DNA from: an uncultured candidate division Zixibacteria bacterium | GTDB taxonomy: Bacteria > Zixibacteria > MSB-5A5 > UBA10806 | Length of the DNA stretch: 64,000 bases | NCBI GenBank assembly: GCA_963817915.1 | Contig: CAWFQL010000017.1 | Coordinates: 256,001 to 320,000, forward strand | Direction of reading: 5' to 3' | In this document: piece after piece, positions 1-8,339 of the stretch | Layout of the letters: each line of letters begins with the position of its first letter | Position numbering within the stretch: the stretch's first letter is position 1 | Translations under genes and position numbers: made by a program | Notes under the pieces: model-generated | The model's input: the letters and a program-made list of their open reading frames with translations, nothing else | Told to the model about the DNA's origin: nothing | Databases searched by the model: none

Positions 1-449
1 CTCTTTACGCAAATACCAGATAGTCGCCATGTTATTATAAGAGCGGGGATAAAGAAAATCGACCTGGGTGGCGCGGTCGTAATAGCTAAGGGCGTTATCG
101 TAATCGCGCTGCAGATAGTATATATTGGCGATCGATTGATAGGCATCGACATCGCGGGGGTTAAATACGATGGCGGCCTCGTAATTGGCGATAGCCGCGG
201 AATCGTTATTGATCTGCTGGTAGCAGACCGCCAATTCATGATATGCGGGAGCAAATTTCTGGTTATTCTTGATCGCCTTTTCATAGAGAGGTATCGCCTT
301 GCCGGGTTGATTTTGAACCATGAAATCATGAGCCTTGGTATAATAATCCAAATATTCTGTTTTCGCCGCAGGCTTGGGGCCGCACGATATAGATAAGCAT
401 GATTAATGCTGATATAATTGCTAGTCGCAGCCATATTGATATTTTTCAT
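1..449 (-). CDS. TPR-repeat (lipo)protein, runs off window start; 5' end broken by two apparent indels
   Basis: Minus frame reads SCGPKPAAKTEYLDYYTKAHDF...KAIPLYEKAIKNNQKFAPAYHELAVCY...AIVFNPRDVDAYQSIANIYY (TPR helices). GAGG SD and ATG at 449. The hydrophobic signal WLRLAIISALIML lies in another frame, implying shifts near 445 and 390. Confidence 0.7.
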   Translation of the reverse strand, partial: MKNINMAATSNYISINHAYLYRAAPSLRRKQNIWIIIPRLMISWFKINPARRYLSMKRRSRITRNLLPHIMNWRSATSRSITIPRLSPITRPPSYLTPAMSMPINRSPIYTICSAITITPLAITTAPPRSIFFIPALIITWRLSGICVK

Positions 450-475
450 CTTCACCTCGAAAAATGGTCTAATAT

Positions 476-790
476 TTAGTGACGTCCAAATATATGATTT
501 AGCCTGTTAATAATCAAATTAAATTTGCCTTTAATACCAAGGCGGGAAAGCTTGCGGTGGATTTTGTCCGCGTCAGTGAGAGAGGGATTATATATTATTT
601 CAGCCCGATCGATTTCTATTTTCGCTGATATAACACCTGCCAGCCCCTCCAGGGCGGCTCGAGAGATATTCGCTCATATAAAGCAGGGGAGCCCGGTAAT
701 CGTGAAGATGGCAGTATTGCGGCCATCAGGGGAGTCGTTCACAGATACCAACATGACCTCGTATCGCTCAAAGACGCGTCTAAACATCAT
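476..790 (-). CDS. HMA (heavy-metal-associated) domain protein with CxxU motif, putative selenoprotein (in-frame TGA at 674-676)
   Basis: Own translation: MMFRRVFERYEVMLVSVNDSPDGRNTAIFTITGLPCFI(TGA)ANISRAALEGLAGVISAKIEIDRAEIIYNPSLTDADKIHRKLSRLGIKG..., ending at TAA 476-478. The HMA fold pattern continues past the TGA, which sits at the second Cys of GxxCxxC. Absent from the ORF track. Confidence 0.7.
639..658 (-). promoter_or_regulatory. Candidate bacterial SECIS hairpin
   Basis: Minus strand GCC-GCCC-UGGAG-GGGC-U-GGC. The stem starts 15 nt and the G-containing loop about 22 nt after the UGA; bulged U on the 3' side. Confidence 0.55.
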
Positions 791-814
791 ATTCTATTAA
801 ACTTCCAAAACGGA

Positions 815-1498
815 TCAATGCTTTCTGGCGATAATCTGGGCAAGCCCGTGCTGGTGGAATGCAGTCTGAGTACCGTGAGGCTTATCCCAGATCAAACCTT
901 CATGATAATAGATAATTTCCCAATCCCTGAAATGTCCCGCCAAATACCCTTTATCAAGGAATGTGACCGAATAGCCGCGCTGATTGTGTTCGAGAGTCCG
1001 AGCAGATTCAGGCAGTCCCAATGATTTAAGATTTTTTGCGAATGATGGGTCTTCGATTGTAAACGCCTCTGCAGAAAAAATGCCTTCCGGCTCTACCAAC
1101 GATTTAAAATATTCGATGCGCTCGCCAATTGTATCTGGCGGAAGGAATTGAAGAATATTCATAAGAAGCACAAGATCAAATTTTCCCAGGTGGTTATGGG
1201 AATCGACAGCGTCAAGTTCAAACGTGCCAATATTCAGGTTAGTATCTTTTATAGTGTCTCTGATTTTCGTTAGCCCTGCTGCGGCGATTTCCGTGGCTAC
1301 TACGTCAAAGCCATGCCTGGCGAGAAAGAGGGCATCGCGGCCTTCGCCACATCCGATATCCAGCACGCGGATGCCCGGCGGCATCAAACTGCTAATAAGC
1401 GGTATTAACAGATTCGGTTGATCGCCCCAGTACGAAGCTGGCTGTGAATACTGATTATCGAAATAATCTCTGCTGGATTTGCTGTAGTTATTGTCCAT
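815..1498 (-). CDS. Class I SAM-dependent methyltransferase, TehB-like
   Basis: VLDIGCGEGRDALFLARHGFDVVATE motif I and YFRDWEIIYYHE-type C-terminus. ATG at 1498 preceded by AAGGA. Confidence 0.8.
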   Translation of the reverse strand: MDNNYSKSSRDYFDNQYSQPASYWGDQPNLLIPLISSLMPPGIRVLDIGCGEGRDALFLARHGFDVVATEIAAAGLTKIRDTIKDTNLNIGTFELDAVDSHNHLGKFDLVLLMNILQFLPPDTIGERIEYFKSLVEPEGIFSAEAFTIEDPSFAKNLKSLGLPESARTLEHNQRGYSVTFLDKGYLAGHFRDWEIIYYHEGLIWDKPHGTQTAFHQHGLAQIIARKH

Positions 1499-1687
1499 TG
1501 ATTTGTCCTTCGCATAGTAATTACGCAAGAACTGCCTAACAGGCGATAATGATAGAATGGATAAAGTGAAAAAGGAAGATATTTCGGATTTCGATTTAGA
1601 GGCTTGGGCGTTATTTTAGCAATACCATTTTTCTGGTTTCCGATTTATCGCCTGCAGTTAAGCGGTAGAAATAAATGCCGGATGCTT

Positions 1688-3183
1688 CTATTTCATAAGG
1701 AGCATACGCTTAGTTGCCGAACCATATTCTGTTTTCAATTGATAATAATAAGCGAGGCGACATTTTGTCCAGAGCAATTTTTGCCATTCCAGGTAATACT
1801 ATGGATACCCGAATCGCGATAATCGTTATAAAAAGCCGTTACTTTTGTTCCCGTAATATCATAAATGTTCAGTTCAACCGCAGATGGCTTCGATAATGAG
1901 AATTCGATGTTGGTTTCAGCATTGAAAGGATTTGGATAGTTCTGACTAAGTTCGAAAGCAGCCGGAATCGGCGATTCCGGGATACCATTCTGATCGAATA
2001 TTACCGAATCCCGAGGAGTTTCAATAGTCGCGAGGCCATCAGAGAAACGGAAGTAATAATAATGAATGCCCGGGCTGGGCCAGGGGAGCGCTGTCCTAAA
2101 TTCCGATGAATCATTGTAGGTATGATCGGGAGAACCCATTCGAAACATGCCTCTATCGAACATGATATATGAAGTAACCGGCAAATTATTGTCAGCGTCA
2201 TTGTAGAGGCAGTAAGGGGTTATAGCCACATTCGGGATAACATCAAATCCGTAATTTGATAATGTCGGAGCTGTATTTGATCCTGTATTCAGGAATCCTG
2301 TCTGAGGTATAAAAGCAGAGGGATATATATAGTCATTGAGAGCGGGAGTTTGCGATGAGATTGTCAGAGTCAAACCCGATGTTAAGATATATCCGGCATG
2401 CGGAGGCCAGATGGGAAATTCAGGCTGGGATACAAGATCACTTATATTGCATGCCATGTAGAGATTATTGCCGGAAGTCTGATACTGGATATCGCCTATT
2501 CGGCTGAATGAAGTATCGGCCAAATTAATTCGAAAAAGGCCCGGCTGTATAAGAAATGGTACGGAGGCGTAAACAAGCGCAATCGTGGACAATTGTAGCG
2601 TATCGGGATTGATCAATGGGAAAACATAGGCATACATAGTCGTAAAGCCTTCGCTAGTCGGCCAGCCGCCGCCGACATTATTTAGCCGGACGAAAATCTT
2701 AGTATCTGAATAAGTAATTGCTGACCCGATTAGATCAAGAAATGGACCGGCTGAGCCGGGAGTCGTATCGCCGACCGCATCGGTCGCCAATGGCGCATAT
2801 AATACAGGAGCAGGCGGGAATTGGTTGGCGCGGTTAAAATATGATTGAGTCAGAACCAATGTATCACTCTCGACCCGGCCGTAAAACTGAATTTCCCCCG
2901 ATGGGTTAGGAAACCAGATTGTCCGCTCATAAGTATTTAAATAATTTGGGTCATCTACAAAATGCATCATAGTTACAGAGGTATCGGAATTGGCATTCCC
3001 AACTCTAGCATGAAGCTTTACATCAAATATTGGCAAGCCGAAGGGATCGATGAAGTCAAAATTGAATTTCGCAGAATCGTTAGTAGCCAGCGCGGATGAG
3101 CATATGTTATCGATTGGGGCGGATACGGCCGAAATCGACATGGCCGCCATCAATATTAAAATAAGTCCTATAGCATTTTTCAT
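1688..3183 (-). CDS. Secreted protein with T9SS type A / FlgD-Ig C-terminal domain; apparent frameshift near 1752
   Basis: Signal peptide and FELSQNYPNPFNAETNIEF...IYDITG...WNGKN. The CTD end AYYYQLKTEYGSATKRMLLMK* is in a shifted frame ending at TAG 1688-1690. Confidence 0.8.
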
Positions 3184-3204
3184 CTTCACACCTCTTTATT
3201 AGAA

Positions 3205-3612
3205 TTACTTTTTTTGCTGTTTTAATTCGATCAGAATCCCTCCTGCGGATTCGGGATGAATAAAGGCGATCATCGATCCGCCCGCGCCTTTGCGAGGTTT
3301 CTGGTCGATCATCTTCACGCCTTTGGCTATCAATTCATTGACAGCCTTATTTATATCATCAACTGCCAGACAGAAATGATGGATGCCTGGCCCGCGTTTG
3401 TCAAGAAATTTCGATATTGCGGAATCGCTATCTGACGACTTGATAAATTCAACTTCGGAATTGTCCAGGTCGACCATCGAAAGGCTGACCTTGCTTTCAG
3501 GATTATGTTCGATTTTACCGGATTTCAAGCCGAATAATGTGTTAAATATTTTGGAATATTTTTCGATATCATCGACCGCTATTGCAACGTGATGTAATCC
3601 CAATATTCTCAT
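3205..3612 (-). CDS. mce: Methylmalonyl-CoA epimerase
   Basis: [32 protein letters not shown]; overlaps the mutase stop codon. Confidence 0.92.
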   Translation of the reverse strand: MRILGLHHVAIAVDDIEKYSKIFNTLFGLKSGKIEHNPESKVSLSMVDLDNSEVEFIKSSDSDSAISKFLDKRGPGIHHFCLAVDDINKAVNELIAKGVKMIDQKPRKGAGGSMIAFIHPESAGGILIELKQQKK

Positions 3613-5186
3613 AAAGTAATATTCTCCTTATATTCCCCCCATATGGCCCTGAGGGTATCACATATCTCGCCGATAGTGGCATACGATTCAACGCATTCAA
3701 TAACACTCGGCATAATATTGCGGCCATTGGCGGCCGCGTCCTTCAATTTGCCCAGATACTTTTTAACATCTCCGGAATTTCTTTTTGATCTGATAGTATT
3801 CACAAATGCAGCCTGTCTGGTTTCGAGTTCGGGGTCGACTTTCAAGACATTGACAGATTCTGCGCTTTCATTATTGAATTGATTTACACCGACAACAATT
3901 CTTTTTTTCGCTTGTATATCTTTCTGATATTCATAAGCGGTGTTTTGTATTTCCTTCTGGAAATACCCGGCTTCTATTGCCTTCAAGGCTCCGCCAAGTT
4001 TATCGATTTCATCTATATATTTTTGCGCCCGCGTAATTATATCCGATGTCAGCGATTCCACATAATATGAACCGCCCAGAGGGTCAACTGTTTCGGCTAC
4101 CCCGGATTCATTGGCAATTATCTGCTGGGTTCTAAGGGCGATAAGGGCGCTTTTTTCGGTCGGCAGCGCCAGCGCTTCATCCATGGAATTCGTATGCAGC
4201 GATTGAGTGCCGCCTAATATTGCTGCCAGTGCCTGAATTGTCACACGGGCAATATTGTTTTCGGGTTGTTGCGCTGTTAAAGTAGAACCGGCGGTCTGAG
4301 TGTGAAAGCGAAGCATGCAGGAACGGTTATCCTTTGCATTGAATCGTTCCTTGATAATCTTCGCCCAGAGAAAACGAGCCGCCCTGAATTTGGCCACTTC
4401 TTCGAATAGATCATTGTGGGCATTGAAGAAGAATGATAACCGCGGGGCAAATTCATCGATATCGAGCCCGGCCTTGAGCGCATGCTCAACATAGCAAATG
4501 CCATCGGCCAGAGTAAACGCTATCTCTTGTGCCGCTGTCGAGCCGGCCTCGCGAATATGATAGCCCGAAATCGAAATTGTATTCCAATTGGGGATATTAT
4601 CTTTACAGAATGTAAAAATATCGGTAATCAGCCTCATTGAAGGCTGCGGTGGGAAAATATATGTGCCGCGAGCGATATATTCTTTCAATATATCATTCTG
4701 AATTGTCCCGCGAAGCTTATTGATGGGGACATTCTGTTTTTTTGCTACCGCGATATATAATGCCAGCAGAATAAACGCCGTGGCGTTGATAGTCATCGAT
4801 GTCGAAACCTGATCGAGCGGAATTTTATCGAATAGTAATTCCATATCGGCCAGGGAATCTATCGCGACACCGGTTCGTCCGACCTCGCCTTTAGCCATCG
4901 GGTGATCGGAATCATAGCCGATTTGCGTAGGTAGATCGAAAGCCACAGAAAGCCCGGTCTGCCCCTGCGATAGTAGGTAGCGGTAACGTTTATTCGATTC
5001 AATGGCTGTGCCGTATCCGGCGTATTGACGCATTGTCCAGGGCCGTTCACGATACATCTCAGAATAAATGCCTCGGGTGAATGGAAATTGGCCGGAGTCG
5101 GGAAGCTCGTGAGATAATTTCGCTATATCAGATTTATCGTAAATTCTATTAATCTGTATTCCAGATGATGTTTTCTTTGCTTTCAT
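3609..5186 (-). CDS. Methylmalonyl-CoA mutase, substrate-binding (large) subunit without B12-binding domain
   Basis: [14 protein letters not shown] (Tyr specificity residue), [37 protein letters not shown]; no DxHxxG domain. Confidence 0.93.
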   Translation of the reverse strand: MKAKKTSSGIQINRIYDKSDIAKLSHELPDSGQFPFTRGIYSEMYRERPWTMRQYAGYGTAIESNKRYRYLLSQGQTGLSVAFDLPTQIGYDSDHPMAKGEVGRTGVAIDSLADMELLFDKIPLDQVSTSMTINATAFILLALYIAVAKKQNVPINKLRGTIQNDILKEYIARGTYIFPPQPSMRLITDIFTFCKDNIPNWNTISISGYHIREAGSTAAQEIAFTLADGICYVEHALKAGLDIDEFAPRLSFFFNAHNDLFEEVAKFRAARFLWAKIIKERFNAKDNRSCMLRFHTQTAGSTLTAQQPENNIARVTIQALAAILGGTQSLHTNSMDEALALPTEKSALIALRTQQIIANESGVAETVDPLGGSYYVESLTSDIITRAQKYIDEIDKLGGALKAIEAGYFQKEIQNTAYEYQKDIQAKKRIVVGVNQFNNESAESVNVLKVDPELETRQAAFVNTIRSKRNSGDVKKYLGKLKDAAANGRNIMPSVIECVESYATIGEICDTLRAIWGEYKENITL

Positions 5187-5312
5187 ATTAAACCGCCGTT
5201 CTTAATAGCAAATATAGCATATTTCCTTGATTTTAAAACAGGAAAGTTTAACTAAACGGGCACGACTGTAAGTGTTGATTGCCAAATGAATTAGGAGCTG
5301 TCAAAAATAATG

Positions 5313-5341
5313 TTGACATGGTAACTCCAAATAAATATATG
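5313..5341 (+). promoter_or_regulatory. Putative sigma70 promoter for gdh
   Basis: TTGACA-17 nt-TATATG in the divergent intergenic region. Confidence 0.5.
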
Positions 5342-5428
5342 CCTTCATCTCCAGACCGGTATATTGATATCGGCGGGCTGAAGTGAAAATAAGCTAAAGA
5401 TTGAAAAACAACCAATAAAGAGGGAAGT

Positions 5429-6760
5429 ATGAGCGCAGAAAAAAACAAAGGTCAATCTGGAGCAGGATCAGGGCAGAATCCTGAAAGAATCACGGAAGGG
5501 CTTGAAAAAGCATCGGCATTCGATAATGCTATGCAGCAATTCGATCGCGCCGCGGGAATATTAAAATTATCCGCCAATCAAATAGCGGTGATTAAACAGC
5601 CACGCAAAATCGTAGAGGCTATTTTGCCGGTGCGGATGGACAACGGGTCAATTGAATTATTCAAATCCTACAGGGTTCAGCACAGTATCGCGCGCGGCCC
5701 GGCCAAGGGCGGTGTCAGGTTTCATCCCGATGTCAATATAGATGAAGTCAAGGCGCTGGCGTTCTGGATGACATACAAGTGCGCTGTAGTCGGAATCCCT
5801 ATGGGCGGCGGCAAGGGCGGCATCGTTGTCGATCCCAGAAAACTGAGCATAGGCGAACTGGAGCGGCTCTCGCGACGTTACTTCGCGGAATTGATTGATA
5901 TCTTCGGTCCCGACAGAGATATCCCGGCCCCCGATGTTAACACTAATCCGCAGATCATGGCCTGGTTCATGGATACTTATTCGATGCATCATGGCGATTA
6001 TATTCCCGCGGTTGTCACCGGCAAACCGATGGAATTGGGAGGGTCGGCTGGACGAAATACTGCTACGGCACAGGGGATGGTTTATTGTGTCGCACAGGCG
6101 GTCAAGCATTTTGGCCTGGAACTTTCCGAATTGACAGTCGCTATTCAGGGATTCGGCAATGCCGGATCATTCGCCGCTAAGCTCCTGCATGATCATGGCT
6201 GTACCATAAAGGGGATTTCCGATGTCGACGGCGCGTTTTTCAATGACAAAGGAATCGATCCCAATATCGCTATCGAATGGGTGAAGAAGAATAAATCATT
6301 AAAGGGATTCGAATCCTCCGGCCTGGCGGAGAAGATCGATGACGCTATGGCTTTGCTTGAATTGAAAGTCGATCTTCTTATACCTGCCGCGTTGGAAAAT
6401 CAAATTACCAAGAAGAACGCCGCCAAGATTAAGGCCAAGATGATTGCCGAATGCGCTAACGGCCCCTGCACTCCCGAAGCCGATGAAATTCTGGATGATA
6501 AAAATATCTTCATTATACCGGATATCCTTTGTAACGCCGGCGGCGTGACTGTATCATATCTGGAATGGGTGCAGAATCGCATGGGATACTACTGGAAAGA
6601 GGAACATATCCAACGCGACCTGCAGGAAATAATGGAAAGATCATTTCTCAATATTTTGGAGACATCCAAGAAATATAAAGTCTCCATGAGGACTGCGGCA
6701 TTTATCGATGGTATCAGCAAAGTCGCCAGGGCCGCCGAGCTCAGAGGACTCTACGCATAG
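5429..6760 (+). CDS. gdhA: Glu/Leu/Phe/Val dehydrogenase (glutamate dehydrogenase)
   Basis: GPAKGGVRFHP, GGGKGG, PAPDVNT, VVTGKP, IQGFGNAG, NAGGVTVSYLEW. Confidence 0.92.
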   Translation: MSAEKNKGQSGAGSGQNPERITEGLEKASAFDNAMQQFDRAAGILKLSANQIAVIKQPRKIVEAILPVRMDNGSIELFKSYRVQHSIARGPAKGGVRFHPDVNIDEVKALAFWMTYKCAVVGIPMGGGKGGIVVDPRKLSIGELERLSRRYFAELIDIFGPDRDIPAPDVNTNPQIMAWFMDTYSMHHGDYIPAVVTGKPMELGGSAGRNTATAQGMVYCVAQAVKHFGLELSELTVAIQGFGNAGSFAAKLLHDHGCTIKGISDVDGAFFNDKGIDPNIAIEWVKKNKSLKGFESSGLAEKIDDAMALLELKVDLLIPAALENQITKKNAAKIKAKMIAECANGPCTPEADEILDDKNIFIIPDILCNAGGVTVSYLEWVQNRMGYYWKEEHIQRDLQEIMERSFLNILETSKKYKVSMRTAAFIDGISKVARAAELRGLYA

Positions 6761-6783
6761 CTGAAACAAATTACAAAAATAAT

Positions 6784-6811
6784 AGCGGCGGTCAGATGAT
6801 CGCCGCTTTTT
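6784..6811. terminator. Intrinsic terminator between convergent genes
   Basis: AGCGGCGGTC-AGAT-GATCGCCGCT followed by a T-run; A-rich on the other side. Confidence 0.8.
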
Positions 6812-6854
6812 CTTCTGCTAGAGCGGATGAGCCAACAATGCGAAAACTTCATCA

Positions 6855-8339
6855 TCAGTCCAAATCATTGGAGCACCAGCCCGGAATGGGCGGCGGCCCC
6901 AGACCTTTATAGTAGTTTACCATGTAGGCTATATCCAATAGATTCACCAAGCAGTCCCCATTAGCGTCTGCTCTCAAGCGTGGCTCAGGAATTGGCTCTG
7001 GATGATATTTTAAGTAGTTTACCAAAAAGATTATATCCAATCCGTTAGTTATGCCATCTGCGTTAACATCGCCCGGAAAATAACTTGAAGCTACTCTGAA
7101 GACATCGGTCAGCACTTGCGTAGATGTCTTGGGATTCAGGATAATATCGCGACTCCCTGGAATTTTGAATTTTCTAATATATGAATAATCGTTGGAAGCC
7201 CTGAATCTCAATATTTCATCCCAGGTATTATTGGCCGATGATCTTAATATTATTATATTGGAACCTGTGCACAATGCTATCTCGGATTCGCTTTCTCCTG
7301 TGAAATTACCAACTAATATATCCCCGGAAGAATACCAATTACCGCTAATAGCTTGCCTATAGACTAATTCAAATTGATTATCTCCAGAGGATTCAAATAT
7401 AGAAAATATATCTTGCCCGATAGATAAATTCTTTGCGGATACCATAAATTCATTCAGGCCATCATGATCAGTATCTCCAATGAATTCCGTCGAATAAGCG
7501 TTAGGGCCTCCGGCATTACCCAGCCAGACAAATTCAAATGAATCATCAGCTGCATTTTCAAACATGATTATTTCGCCGTGAATCCCTCCCGCGAATATCT
7601 CATTTTTGCCATCGCTATCGATATCTCCCCAGCTCGGCTCGCCTTCGTAATCATGCACATAATCGTCGAACCTGATTGCGGTCTTATATTCATAATCATG
7701 TTGGTCATTAATTCCGTAAATATAATATCCCAGCCAAACTCGACCGTTGGGATAAAACATTATTTCGTCTAATCCATCATTATCAACGTCGCCTAGTTTT
7801 TCGTTCAAGATGCAATCGCAATTTTGTCCTAATGACCATATCATGGTGTCCGGATAACCGTAGTAGCTGTGACTTTCATAAAGGGATAGCTGGTGATGAT
7901 TATATGTCAGAAACTCCATTAGACTATCTCCATCCGTTTCACCGTAAGTCGTCACCCCACCAATTTGACCCATGCTAAGAATATCGAAATTCCATGGCGA
8001 AGTTAGCGTGTCCATATACAAATATTCATGGTACCAGCCATAAATTTCATCGGTTCCTGAATGATTTAGATCCGCAGCTTCAAGTGCCGCATACCACGGA
8101 AGGGTTGTTAATCTTTCGAAATAGTACCATGGCCTTATTGAGTCTTCAGTAGTAATTTCCGGCGGAATTGGTTCTTCGTTTTTATGGCTGGCGGGTTCAA
8201 TTAAGTATGGCCTGCTGAAACCAGTTTGGGGGTCTCTAATCTCTATCCTATTGCTATCCTGGCTGACAATCTCATATCCCGGCGGGATATCAATCGCCAT
8301 CGCCATGACAGGAATCAGCCATATTAAAAGAGCTTTCAA
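6855..8339 (-). CDS. Secreted FG-GAP-like repeat protein with C-terminal dockerin type I domain (paralog A)
   Basis: GGAGG SD then TTG start (MKALLIWLIPVMAMA signal). Repeated GDxDxDG motifs. C-terminal GDVNADGITNGLDIIFLVNYL...ADANGDCLVNLLDIAYMVNYY. Confidence 0.8.
   Translation of the reverse strand: MKALLIWLIPVMAMAIDIPPGYEIVSQDSNRIEIRDPQTGFSRPYLIEPASHKNEEPIPPEITTEDSIRPWYYFERLTTLPWYAALEAADLNHSGTDEIYGWYHEYLYMDTLTSPWNFDILSMGQIGGVTTYGETDGDSLMEFLTYNHHQLSLYESHSYYGYPDTMIWSLGQNCDCILNEKLGDVDNDGLDEIMFYPNGRVWLGYYIYGINDQHDYEYKTAIRFDDYVHDYEGEPSWGDIDSDGKNEIFAGGIHGEIIMFENAADDSFEFVWLGNAGGPNAYSTEFIGDTDHDGLNEFMVSAKNLSIGQDIFSIFESSGDNQFELVYRQAISGNWYSSGDILVGNFTGESESEIALCTGSNIIILRSSANNTWDEILRFRASNDYSYIRKFKIPGSRDIILNPKTSTQVLTDVFRVASSYFPGDVNADGITNGLDIIFLVNYLKYHPEPIPEPRLRADANGDCLVNLLDIAYMVNYYKGLGPPPIPGWCSNDLD

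Noticed and set aside
525..800. Plus-strand 91-aa ORF from the track
   Set aside because: It is the antisense shadow of the minus-strand HMA ORF; it has no recognisable motif and runs opposite to both neighbours.
5187..5428. Cobalamin riboswitch upstream of the mutase
   Set aside because: No B12-box or conserved GGGAA...GCCACTG core visible.
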